From an uncultured Candidatus Saccharibacteria bacterium (GTDB lineage: Bacteria; Patescibacteriota; Saccharimonadia; Saccharimonadales; UBA7683), in assembly GCA_964541305.1 (NCBI GenBank), contig CAZIPE010000004.1, forward strand, positions 1-60,595: 60,595 nt of DNA, in the 5' to 3' direction. The position numbers and the translations under genes are program-made. The notes beneath the pieces were generated by a model that worked only from the letters and a program-made list of their open reading frames with translations, did no database searches and was not told the DNA's origin. The first letter of the stretch is position 1, and each line of letters begins with the position of its first letter. This document shows, in pieces, positions 22,200 to 31,654 of this stretch.

Positions 22200-23701
22200 A
22201 ATTTACGCTTAATGGAAATCACGCCCGCATAAAACCCTTTATACTACCACTAGCAATAGTCGGATTATTCGCGCTCCTCTTTTCACAGACAGCACAAGCT
22301 GGAGCAGTAACAGGTTTTGATGCGGGTCGGATAATGGACGACGCTATTTTTACAAATGAAAACTCAATGAGTGTTTCTCAGATTCAAAACTTCCTTAATT
22401 CTAAAGTGCCTAATTGCGACACAAACGGAACGCAAACTTCAGAATACGGCGGTGGAACACGGGCACAGTACGGTAGATCGCGCGGATATCCACCACCATA
22501 CACTTGCTTAAAAAATTATTCGCAGGGTGGAAAATCCGCGGCCAGGATTATTTACGATGCCGCAAAAGCAAACGATGTTAATCCGCAGGTACTCATCGTA
22601 CTGCTCCAAAAAGAACAGGGTCTAGTAACAGACACCTGGCCGTGGAGTATTCAATACCGCTCTGCTACTGGCTACGGATGCCCTGATACAGCAGCCTGCG
22701 ATAGTGACTACTACGGCTTCACCAATCAAGTAAACAGAGCTGCAGACATGTTCCAGGCAATTATGACCCAGAGGAATGGTTGGTATACTCCTTACCGCGT
22801 TGGAAGTAACCGCATATATTGGCACCCCGACACATCACGCTGCGGGTCTTCTACTGTAAACATTCTAAACCGAGCTACTGTAGCACTGTATAGCTACACA
22901 CCTTATCGACCTAACCAATCTGCCTTGAATGCAGGGTATGGCACGGGTAATAGCTGTAGCTCATACGGCAACCGCAATTTCTACCAATACTTCAAAGATT
23001 GGTTCGGTCCCCCTAACGTTGACCGTTCAAAAGATAGAGTGCTTTCTGGAGACTGGAATGGTGACGGAGAAACCGATACGGGTGTTCGACGTAGCAACGT
23101 TTTCTATCTAGATTATGACAATGACGGCACAGTCGATCGTGAGTTTAGTTTTGGGAAATCTAGTGACTTTCCGCTAGTAGGAGACTGGAATGGTGACGGA
23201 ACAGATACGATAGGTGTTCGACGCGAACCAAATATTTTTTACTTAAATAATGGGTTTGATGGCACACCCGAGGTTAGTTTTAAGTATGGTAGCTCAGGCT
23301 ACTTCCCTTTAGCGGGAGACTGGAATGGTGACGGAACAGATACGATAGGTGTTCGACGTGGTGATAAAACTTTCTTGTTGAATAATAGTAATGACGGCAG
23401 TGCAGACATTAGGTTTGATTATGGTAGCTCAGGCTACTTCCCTTTAGCGGGAGACTGGAATGGTGACGGAACAGATACGATAGGTGTTCGACGTGGTGAT
23501 AAAACTTTCTTGTTGAATAATAGTAATGACGGCAGTGCAGACATTAGGTTTGATTATGGTAGCTCAGGCTACTTCCCTTTAGCGGGAGACTGGAATGGAA
23601 ACAATACAGACACAATTGGCGTGAAACGAGGGGGTGAAACATTCCTTCTAAATAATGGCCATGACAGCACTTCAGACATGCAGTTTAAATACTTATATTA
23701 A
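22196..23701 (+). CDS. Secreted protein: N-terminal Cys-containing domain (possible wall-hydrolase-like) plus five FG-GAP/VCBS-like Ca-binding repeats
   Basis: A signal peptide ends ...QTAQAGA. A LIVLLQKEQGLV segment is present. There are five repeats carrying the loop GDWNGDGxTDxxGV(R/K)R (a DxNxDGxxD pattern). Confidence 0.6.
   Translation: MKFTLNGNHARIKPFILPLAIVGLFALLFSQTAQAGAVTGFDAGRIMDDAIFTNENSMSVSQIQNFLNSKVPNCDTNGTQTSEYGGGTRAQYGRSRGYPPPYTCLKNYSQGGKSAARIIYDAAKANDVNPQVLIVLLQKEQGLVTDTWPWSIQYRSATGYGCPDTAACDSDYYGFTNQVNRAADMFQAIMTQRNGWYTPYRVGSNRIYWHPDTSRCGSSTVNILNRATVALYSYTPYRPNQSALNAGYGTGNSCSSYGNRNFYQYFKDWFGPPNVDRSKDRVLSGDWNGDGETDTGVRRSNVFYLDYDNDGTVDREFSFGKSSDFPLVGDWNGDGTDTIGVRREPNIFYLNNGFDGTPEVSFKYGSSGYFPLAGDWNGDGTDTIGVRRGDKTFLLNNSNDGSADIRFDYGSSGYFPLAGDWNGDGTDTIGVRRGDKTFLLNNSNDGSADIRFDYGSSGYFPLAGDWNGNNTDTIGVKRGGETFLLNNGHDSTSDMQFKYLY
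23048..23640 (+). repeat. In-frame tandem repeat, 135-bp period (45 aa); two units are 100 percent identical
   Basis: Units 23288..23422 and 23423..23557 are identical at every base. The third unit is identical for its first ~41 nt and then diverges. Older diverged units start near 23048 and 23180. Confidence 0.9.
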
Positions 23702-23735
23702 ATACTTTACTCGTGTTAAGTGTTAGAATTTTAGA

Positions 23736-25808
23736 ATGCCTTTTCATAATATGAGTCTAAAAAGTGTTATACCCAAGAGGGAAGAATATGTAAGGAGTTT
23801 AAAGGGTCTATCCACAACACCGTGTGACATTATCGGGCTAGTTCTAATAGTGGTTGCCATGGTAACAAAAAACCCTTTAGTAACCATATTTCTTTTCTTA
23901 CTTTATCCTAGCGTCATCTTAATCCCTTTAACTGTTAGAAACTTTCTTATTACTCTTCCACTAGTAATCGGGCTCAACGTCTCCTTACTCACAACAGTGG
24001 TAATACTAGTAAATGCATTTTTTAAACTTAGTATTTCATTATCATCAGTCACTAATATCTTGCTACTTCTCATGACAGCGTGTTTAGTTGCAAAGTATCT
24101 CTTTGGTGTCAAAATTTACGACTTTTTTGCTAATCTCAGAAAGATTGACTATGTGGCCATTTCAATTATTTATATATTCTTCGTACTTGCTCTTTACTCG
24201 CGGGTAGCCAGTGTATTCGACGCCCCAGTACCCTTAGTGAGTGATCCAGAGGCTCATGCATTCTGGGCTCGTCGAATAGTGTCAGAGAGATCAATCAATT
24301 ACTTCTACTCTCCGGGATTACATTTATGGAGTGCCTTTTCTTCACAGCTATCTGGCTTAGATGTGGCGAAGTCAGTAAATATCATCACTAATCTATTGAG
24401 TGCGGCTGGCGTGTTGTATTGGGGACTTACGAGTTATGTGGTATCAAAAAAACGATTATTCTCGGTGGTAGTGGCCTTCTTCTTGCTTGTTTCACCTATA
24501 CCCACAAACCTGTACTACATTGCTGGGAAAAATTCCCTCATTACTGCTCTCACACTTTTTTCTGGCTTAATTATAGCTACTGCATGGTATGCCGAGAAAC
24601 CTCAACTTAAGCGTGCGAGCATACTGCTTCTTTCTCTGCTTTCAGTTGGACTGGTCCACTACCCCGTTTACATTTTTGCGATATGCTTCAGCTCTTTGTT
24701 TATACTTATCTACTCCCCTAAAAATGCTGGGAACAAGACATTTCTTCTGCGTAGTGTCTACTACTTAAGGTCGATAGTTCCAATTTTTATATCACTGCTT
24801 CTGATTGGTGCAACTGCATATATCACCAAGACGAGAGAGGTGCCAATTATTTCTTTTCAAGATCACGCTTCAGCGCGCGTATTTCACGAGTCATTTTCAA
24901 CTCATCAACCTTCATATGTTTCTGAATATTCAGCCCCTACTACAAAAAAAGATGCTGTTGATTTAAGAAACCCCTTGAAACAACTATCTGGATACCCAAA
25001 GGAAATTCTCGCACTTACTAATAAAGTTGGGGGCCATACCGGGTTAGTTATCATCGGCATCGTACTTGTTGCCATTATCTACATAATTACTGCGAGTGGA
25101 TTCGTAAAACCTCGATATGATACCGAAAGGAGAGCAAAGCAGTTGGCGATAGCCTTACTTTTATGTATACCTCTTGTAGTTCTACCTCTTAAGATATTTT
25201 CTTTTTCTTCCTTTGAAATAATACCTGATGCTGGAAGTTTTCTTATTTTCACCTTCGCTTCTTTTAGCGTGGGCTTATTATTTTCTGGGATTGTTCAAAA
25301 ATATAGAACGCTTTTCTGTTTAGGCCTAATGTTGGTTGCGATAATTTCAAGTCTTTCAGTTTATAGGCTCTACAGCACACGTCAGGAGAAGAGTGTGGTA
25401 AATATGTATGATGAGATGGCTTTTGAGTGGATAGACAAGAACGTAGTAGATGGTGTGGGCTTTATCGGAACGGCAAAGCTTAATCCAACTCGCAATCAAG
25501 TAGTCTACCCCGTGGACGGTTCATTGTGGTTGCCGGTTATAACAGGCAACCCTATTGCAACTCCTTTTCAAGAAGGTAGTTTCACTGCAATACAGTCACA
25601 CATCAACTACGAGTACCTAGATGACCTCTCTAACCCTGATTTACAGAAAAACTCGCTTGTTTATTTTTACAAAAACAACTATAAATACATCTACATTGAT
25701 GGCATTAAACCTTATGAAATATTTAATGTCGATTCTTTGCTTAAATCAAATCTTGTAAGAATAGTTTATCGAAATGATGATATACAGATAGCAGAAATTC
25801 TTAAGTAG
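23736..25808 (+). CDS. Large polytopic membrane protein (about 14 or more TM) with a C-terminal soluble domain; GT-C-like candidate
   Basis: Hydrophobicity pattern, and an SDPEAH motif in an early loop. No firm family assignment. Confidence 0.45.
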   Translation: MPFHNMSLKSVIPKREEYVRSLKGLSTTPCDIIGLVLIVVAMVTKNPLVTIFLFLLYPSVILIPLTVRNFLITLPLVIGLNVSLLTTVVILVNAFFKLSISLSSVTNILLLLMTACLVAKYLFGVKIYDFFANLRKIDYVAISIIYIFFVLALYSRVASVFDAPVPLVSDPEAHAFWARRIVSERSINYFYSPGLHLWSAFSSQLSGLDVAKSVNIITNLLSAAGVLYWGLTSYVVSKKRLFSVVVAFFLLVSPIPTNLYYIAGKNSLITALTLFSGLIIATAWYAEKPQLKRASILLLSLLSVGLVHYPVYIFAICFSSLFILIYSPKNAGNKTFLLRSVYYLRSIVPIFISLLLIGATAYITKTREVPIISFQDHASARVFHESFSTHQPSYVSEYSAPTTKKDAVDLRNPLKQLSGYPKEILALTNKVGGHTGLVIIGIVLVAIIYIITASGFVKPRYDTERRAKQLAIALLLCIPLVVLPLKIFSFSSFEIIPDAGSFLIFTFASFSVGLLFSGIVQKYRTLFCLGLMLVAIISSLSVYRLYSTRQEKSVVNMYDEMAFEWIDKNVVDGVGFIGTAKLNPTRNQVVYPVDGSLWLPVITGNPIATPFQEGSFTAIQSHINYEYLDDLSNPDLQKNSLVYFYKNNYKYIYIDGIKPYEIFNVDSLLKSNLVRIVYRNDDIQIAEILK

Positions 25809-25820
25809 GGTAGCCTGATT

Positions 25821-27284
25821 TTACCCAGCAGTCCCTTGTGGTGTTCGTTTTGCTAACTGAAACAATGCAATACTCAATAACACCCCTCCCGCAAAAAATA
25901 TTACAACGAGTATACTAGGTACTATTGGATATATATGATTTGCAATTGCAGCCTCATTCAACCCCATAATACCACCCTTACCTCTGTGAATTATTGTTGT
26001 GACTCCTAGTATTACACTCGCAATCGTTACAAATTGATTTCTTGAAACTTTGAAAGCGAGTAATCCCGCAGATAGAACCAGCGAAATCGGTAAAGTTGCA
26101 GGAAGAAGATAGCGATGATAGAATCCACCCGTACCTACTGCCCATTCTATTTGTGTTAAAAATACTCCAATGAATGAGGCTGTTAGTAGCAGCGCAGTAC
26201 TGGTAGCTTTTTTATCTGCTAATAGTCTTCTCGGGGAAAACTTCTCCATAATTACAAATAATCCAGCTAAGGAAAAAATTGATAGTATGTTTGATATATT
26301 TGCACTACTAGAGTACTTGCCATAAAGCAACGACCACAATCCACTGCCAAGCATCACATCTTGTAGAGATTTTGGCTTACGAAGGCTCCCGTAGTCACCG
26401 GGCATTGCGCTCATAAAATTGCCCGTTGACTTGTAGTTGCGTAGATAGTAAAACCATCCAATAGATACGGCTACTGAAGCGAGGATTGCCATACATGTAA
26501 TTAACGATTTTTTTACTAGTTTAATGGTTAGATTCTTATTTTTGAACGGGTTATCGATATATAATCTTAGAAATACAGCAAATATAGAGACACCTATAAA
26601 AACAATATACGAGACTTTGGTCGCCATACCCATTGCGCCTAGAATACATAAAGATACTGCATACCTATTGTTGAGGCCATTTTGTAGAATCTTAATACAT
26701 ACTATGAGTGTTAGTGTTGTGAAAAGAATTAATAACACATCAACTGCATAGTTTAAGTTGAGCGAGGTAAAAGTATAAAATGAGCCTGCTATCGCAGGGA
26801 CTGCTACAGCAAAGGTGTGCTTTCTCTCTCCTCCCAATATCCAACCACCCCACGACAGGGCAAGAAGACACAACACTCCCAGGAATATGTTTAGTGTATG
26901 ACCAATCATTACTCCTTTTTGCCAATGCCCATTACTAAGTGACGGCCCAACAAAGGGTGCATGTATCAGGTAAAATAGTGGTGGGTTGGATGCAGCTCCT
27001 TGATCTCGGTAAATCCCTTTTGAAAGTTCTTTTATCTCAGGCTGCCTAAACCCATCTTTAAATTTTGGTAAGTCGCCATTATAAACTCTGTATACGTAAT
27101 CAATGTGCCTTGGCGCATCACCACGGCCCAAGAACCAAGGGCTGGTCGTAGATATGATTCCGGCTACTGCCACATACATAAGGATGGTCGAGAATATGCC
27201 TAAGAAGACGTATTTAGGAATTTTATTTCCTATAAATTTTACATCTCTCGACATACTTATCGTAAGTTTGTTAATAGTTTTCAC
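25821..27284 (-). CDS. Polytopic membrane protein, GT39/ArnT-like (GT-C) glycosyltransferase candidate
   Basis: About 12 TM segments. The first loop reads GRGDAPRHIDYVYR, followed by the loop and TM arrangement seen in phospholipid-carrier-dependent glycosyltransferases. Confidence 0.5.
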   Translation of the reverse strand: MKTINKLTISMSRDVKFIGNKIPKYVFLGIFSTILMYVAVAGIISTTSPWFLGRGDAPRHIDYVYRVYNGDLPKFKDGFRQPEIKELSKGIYRDQGAASNPPLFYLIHAPFVGPSLSNGHWQKGVMIGHTLNIFLGVLCLLALSWGGWILGGERKHTFAVAVPAIAGSFYTFTSLNLNYAVDVLLILFTTLTLIVCIKILQNGLNNRYAVSLCILGAMGMATKVSYIVFIGVSIFAVFLRLYIDNPFKNKNLTIKLVKKSLITCMAILASVAVSIGWFYYLRNYKSTGNFMSAMPGDYGSLRKPKSLQDVMLGSGLWSLLYGKYSSSANISNILSIFSLAGLFVIMEKFSPRRLLADKKATSTALLLTASFIGVFLTQIEWAVGTGGFYHRYLLPATLPISLVLSAGLLAFKVSRNQFVTIASVILGVTTIIHRGKGGIMGLNEAAIANHIYPIVPSILVVIFFAGGVLLSIALFQLAKRTPQGTAG

Positions 27285-27312
27285 TTAACACTATTATATA
27301 CTAGGTTAAGTA

Positions 27313-28617
27313 ATGAAAAAACAAATGCCTAAGCGCAACACACTAAAGAACCTCCTTTCGTTTATGAAGACTGGAGACTTTATTGAAATTTTAAAAATTC
27401 TGCGCAGAAGAGCGCTCAACACAGTTAGGTTTGCTCGGCACCATGCTTTGCGTTTCATTGGATCCGTTTATAACCTTGAACCTTTGAAAGTCGCTCGCCA
27501 AAAAAGACAGCTCAATTATGTATTAAGAAATTTTTTTGGTGTTGCTGAGTCTAATAACGAAAGTAAGAAATGTAATATTGCAGTTATTGTACGCGATGGG
27601 AATGCGCTTCCCAAAAGCTCAACTTTTATTCGCTTAATTTCCCCTTTGACAACAGGTAGTTTGGGCAAGAAAACATCAGTACATTTATACCCCGAGGATT
27701 CACTTGAGGTAGATGCTACTACAAGTGTCTGTATTGTACAAAGAACGGCCTACGACAACAGTGGGGATGCGTTGATGCTTATTAAATACCTCGCGGATTG
27801 TAAAATACCCCTCATTATCGACACAGATGATGCTTTTAGTGAAATTGACAAAAAACATCCTGAACACAAAGAACAGCAGGCAAGACTCCAGGCAAAAGAA
27901 CTGCTGCTACAGCATGCTTCACGGGTGTGGGTATCTACTCCTCAGCTACGTTCAATACTACCTGCTGACATTCAAAAAAAGACGTTGGTGATAGAAAATA
28001 CTCTAGACGAACGGCTCTGGAAGAAGCAAGGTAAGAAACGAACACGCAAGCAAAGCACCAAACTTCAGCTTCTTTATATGGGCACCGCAACACATGATGG
28101 CGACTTCGCTCTTATATTGCCAGCTCTAAAAAACCTTCACGCCAAGTATCCAGGTAGGTTTGAGCTAACAGTTATTGGTGCGGTCAATAATCTTCCTGAA
28201 TTACCCTGGATAAAACGACTCGTTCAAAAAAGCTCCATGTACCCTTTATTTGTGGAGTGGTTCTTAGAAAGGTCTCATAAATTTGACATTGGGTTATCGC
28301 CACTTGTTGACAGTGCGTTTAACAAGGCTAAGTCAGACATTAAATGTCTCGATTATCTTGCCGCAGGGGTGGTTCCTTATGTTTCTAACCTTTTGCCCTA
28401 CTCTTCCAAGGAGTTAGACGGCCTTGTTGTAAGAATAAATAACTCTCCTACTGAGTGGAAGAATGAGATCGAAAAGGCAATTATTGATATTATCGGCTTC
28501 AGAGATAAGAAGAAAACAATAATTCAGAAAGGTCAGGATTATATTTGGTCGAAACGATCTACCGAAAAAGCGTCGAGGCTCATGGAAGCTGAAATTAATA
28601 AACTCCTAGGTTCTTAG
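27313..28617 (+). CDS. Hypothetical protein, possible GT-B-fold glycosyltransferase
   Basis: Two Rossmann-like halves (NIAVIVRD...IIDTDDAF; LLYMGTATHDGD...LTVIGAV). The context is a glycan locus. Confidence 0.4.
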   Translation: MKKQMPKRNTLKNLLSFMKTGDFIEILKILRRRALNTVRFARHHALRFIGSVYNLEPLKVARQKRQLNYVLRNFFGVAESNNESKKCNIAVIVRDGNALPKSSTFIRLISPLTTGSLGKKTSVHLYPEDSLEVDATTSVCIVQRTAYDNSGDALMLIKYLADCKIPLIIDTDDAFSEIDKKHPEHKEQQARLQAKELLLQHASRVWVSTPQLRSILPADIQKKTLVIENTLDERLWKKQGKKRTRKQSTKLQLLYMGTATHDGDFALILPALKNLHAKYPGRFELTVIGAVNNLPELPWIKRLVQKSSMYPLFVEWFLERSHKFDIGLSPLVDSAFNKAKSDIKCLDYLAAGVVPYVSNLLPYSSKELDGLVVRINNSPTEWKNEIEKAIIDIIGFRDKKKTIIQKGQDYIWSKRSTEKASRLMEAEINKLLGS

Positions 28618-29490
28618 TCGTTTATATATAGCTGTTTTCTTTATCTTGTTCTTGAGTTTCTGTATATTAGAAATCTCGCCAGTAATTGCACCTTCACGTA
28701 CGAGTGCCTCACTCATGTAATCTCTTACTTCCTGACGATAATCTGGCCAACGCTCCCATATAATTTTGTTGTTTGCCTCAAGCAGCTTAGCTTTCATTTC
28801 AAGTGAGAAGCTACGAGCCTCTTGGTGAAATACATACGCATGATTTGCCAGGGCGCACAGATACCCCGTTTTCATTATGCGCTGACAGAAATCTACCTCT
28901 TCGCCATAACCTTTGCCAAAAACCTCATCGAACAGTCCATACTTGTTTATAACTTCACGTCTAATAAGCATACAAAAGCCATGGGCAGTAGGTGTGATAC
29001 TAAATTCAGACAACTTTGAGTTTATCTTCTTGAAAAGCGTGTATGACTCTTCTGGACCAATGCCTTTTGTTGGTGCAGAAGAAAGAGGGATGGTGCAAAT
29101 TGTTGCATTATTCGAACGAGGCGAGACCACTCCAATCTTTTTTTCGCTTTTTAGCACGCTTTGCATCTCTTCAAGAAAGCCTTCGGTCACTTTTGCATCG
29201 CTATTTAGCAGTAATATATCATTATCAGTTTTATCTAAGTTGTTTACCGCGTTATTGCAGTTCTTTAAAAAGCCATAATTCTTTTTATTACGAAAATACT
29301 CGTATCCTTTTTTTGTGCCGATCATACTCTTTATGTTTTTCTCAATTGTATCAGCTTCTGGTCCACAGTCGTTTACTAACATTACTTTATGAAAAGGTGT
29401 GTCGACAAAATTTAAAAGTGACTCAATACACTCTTTGAGTGATGGCCAGTCGCCATACACAGGCACAATTATTGTTACATTTTTCTTCAT
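28606..29490 (-). CDS. Glycosyltransferase family 2
   Basis: VTIIVPVYGD...VMLVNDCGPE...LLLNSDAKV (DxD-type) motifs. Confidence 0.85.
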   Translation of the reverse strand: MKKNVTIIVPVYGDWPSLKECIESLLNFVDTPFHKVMLVNDCGPEADTIEKNIKSMIGTKKGYEYFRNKKNYGFLKNCNNAVNNLDKTDNDILLLNSDAKVTEGFLEEMQSVLKSEKKIGVVSPRSNNATICTIPLSSAPTKGIGPEESYTLFKKINSKLSEFSITPTAHGFCMLIRREVINKYGLFDEVFGKGYGEEVDFCQRIMKTGYLCALANHAYVFHQEARSFSLEMKAKLLEANNKIIWERWPDYRQEVRDYMSEALVREGAITGEISNIQKLKNKIKKTAIYKRLRT

Positions 29491-29493
29491 ATC

Positions 29494-30852
29494 TTACTTT
29501 CCTGTTACCCGTGATTTTATTGTCCGCGCCTTGTGATAGAAGGATTTTGCATGTTGTCGTGCTTTATTTTTAAGCTTTTTATGTAGTGGGATATCCTTTT
29601 CAATGACTACTAACTTATCAATCTGTTTTTGATATCGTGATAATTGTTCTGTCATGTAAATTGGTGGGCCGCTCGGTAGTGGCTCTTTTTGAGCTGCAAT
29701 TTTCTGGATCTTTAGATAGAGGGAGTCTATATTATCGGGCCCGCTCATTAGTTCCTTTGCTTTAATAACTGAGTTTTTTGCATGTATCTTAATTAAACTT
29801 GGTTTTTTTGCATACTGCTCAATCGCTAAGACTAGCTCTTCTACTGAATCAGCTTGAAACAAGAAACCATTCTTCCCTTCATCAATCATTTCGGGGGTAG
29901 CACCAGATTTTGCACCTATTACTGGTTTTCCCAGTACAAGATATTCGAATGTAACCCTCCCAAAGCCCTCCATGCGTGATGCCATAACTCCTACGTCTGC
30001 ATGCTTTACAAATGCCAGTAGATTACTCTGAAAGCCAACCATGTGCACTCTTTCAGAAATGTCATACTCGCCAATCACCTTCTCCACTTGACCCATGAAC
30101 GGAGGTTCTCCGTTTTTGCCAACCACACAAAGTTCGATGTCGTAACCTTTTTTTGTAAGTCTACCCACCGCCTCTATAGCACTCAGCTGTCCTTTTGATG
30201 GCGCCATATTGCCCGCTATTATAAGCTTCAGACTATCTCTGTATTTATATGGTGACTTAACCTTCGTTTTGGATTTTTTTATAATTTCATCGATCTTAAA
30301 CGGATTATACAAAACTGTAACCTTATCTTTTGGTATGTATTTTATGAGATGACTTTTGAGCGACTTTGATATAGTAACCACTAGTTCTGAGAGATTGCCA
30401 ACATCAGCCAGTGTCTTTTCCCTACCAATTTCAAACACTCTTCCGTGGTCTAGGTCACCATACTCTCTCACAAACCATACGTGCGGTAATCCTTGAGAAT
30501 GAGCAGCAAGTGCCGCCCAAGGACACACTATAGAGTTTGTCATGACAATATCAGGTTTTGTTGATTCAATTATTCTTGAGATTTTCTCAATCGCCTTGAT
30601 ATTTATGGTGACATTTCGTAGTATGTCCGCCTCTTTTTTTGGTGGGTTGCCATCTGACCAGAAGGTATAGGGTAGTGAACTATACCTCCAGCCCCGCCTT
30701 TTCATTTCACCGGCCAGACCTCTGACAGGCTCTCGTAAAATAAATTCCGGCTTTATGTTGTACTTGGCTGATAGTACATCAAAAACATCTAACATAGACA
30801 TCTCTGCCCCCCCTAATATATCTCCCGTATGCGATAGCACCATCACCTTCAT
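29494..30852 (-). CDS. Glycosyltransferase family 4 (GT-B)
   Basis: MKVMVLSHTGDILGGAE N-terminus and ASRMEGFGRVTFEYLVLGKPVIG motif. Confidence 0.85.
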   Translation of the reverse strand: MKVMVLSHTGDILGGAEMSMLDVFDVLSAKYNIKPEFILREPVRGLAGEMKRRGWRYSSLPYTFWSDGNPPKKEADILRNVTINIKAIEKISRIIESTKPDIVMTNSIVCPWAALAAHSQGLPHVWFVREYGDLDHGRVFEIGREKTLADVGNLSELVVTISKSLKSHLIKYIPKDKVTVLYNPFKIDEIIKKSKTKVKSPYKYRDSLKLIIAGNMAPSKGQLSAIEAVGRLTKKGYDIELCVVGKNGEPPFMGQVEKVIGEYDISERVHMVGFQSNLLAFVKHADVGVMASRMEGFGRVTFEYLVLGKPVIGAKSGATPEMIDEGKNGFLFQADSVEELVLAIEQYAKKPSLIKIHAKNSVIKAKELMSGPDNIDSLYLKIQKIAAQKEPLPSGPPIYMTEQLSRYQKQIDKLVVIEKDIPLHKKLKNKARQHAKSFYHKARTIKSRVTGK

Positions 30853-30924
30853 TTATATCATCCTACTCTTGTTTATTAACTAAGTGAATCATAGACTCTT
30901 TTAATTATGGCATAGATATCGGGC

Positions 30925-31641
30925 TTATTTCTTTATTATGTAGGCCTGGCCATTGAGATTTTGTATGAATAATTTATCTTCATCATCTTTTATTTCATCG
31001 ATGTAGCGCTTTATACCACCACACGCAGATATCATGCCGTAATCATCAAAAATGACAATGCCCCCTCGACTTACCCTACCCCACACATATTCGAATGATT
31101 CTTTTGTAGATAGGTATACATCAACATCTAGGTATACTAATGCTAATTTATCTGCAATCAGCTCCTTGCCAGTCTTATCCGGGAATACACCCTTCAAAAT
31201 TTTGTAGTTTGAAACTTGTATCTCGTTATTAAGATATTCGCTTACCAATTTATGACTAGTGTCGGCATGCGCCTTATCGCTATAGTGCTCCCAATCTGAA
31301 GATTTTACGACACCCGCAAAAGTGTCGGCAAGATAGACTGTTTTTTTAGGTAAAACCTGGGTAAAAATTGATGCTGTACCTCCGCGCCATACACCAACCT
31401 CCAGAACGTCTCCGTCTATGGACCGAGCTTCTTGTGCCAAAAGATAAAGAGCATAGCACCTAACTCTATCTACTAGCGTATTTTTCCTGGCTTTGTTATA
31501 AAGTTTTGTAAATTCGGGATCAGTTAACCACGGCGAATCATAGGGATAGCTGTGTAATGGCATATCATCATACCTTATAAGTGCATATCCTTTTTGTTTG
31601 TATAATTCTCTTAATTTATTGATATTCTTCATCATGTACAC
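30925..31641 (-). CDS. TylF/MycF-type class I SAM-dependent (O-)methyltransferase
   Basis: LEVGVWRGGTASIF, YLADTFAG and DVDVY...GGIVIFDDYG motifs are typical of macrocin-O-methyltransferase-like sugar methyltransferases. Confidence 0.75.
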   Translation of the reverse strand: MYMMKNINKLRELYKQKGYALIRYDDMPLHSYPYDSPWLTDPEFTKLYNKARKNTLVDRVRCYALYLLAQEARSIDGDVLEVGVWRGGTASIFTQVLPKKTVYLADTFAGVVKSSDWEHYSDKAHADTSHKLVSEYLNNEIQVSNYKILKGVFPDKTGKELIADKLALVYLDVDVYLSTKESFEYVWGRVSRGGIVIFDDYGMISACGGIKRYIDEIKDDEDKLFIQNLNGQAYIIKK

Positions 31642-31654
31642 CTCACTTTGACAT

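Noticed and set aside
23048-23640. Possible CRISPR array or non-coding tandem repeat
   Set aside because: The 135-bp units are in frame within a long ORF and have no unique spacers between repeats. They encode a recognisable Ca-binding repeat. The same logic applies to the 15-bp repeat at 60526..60595.
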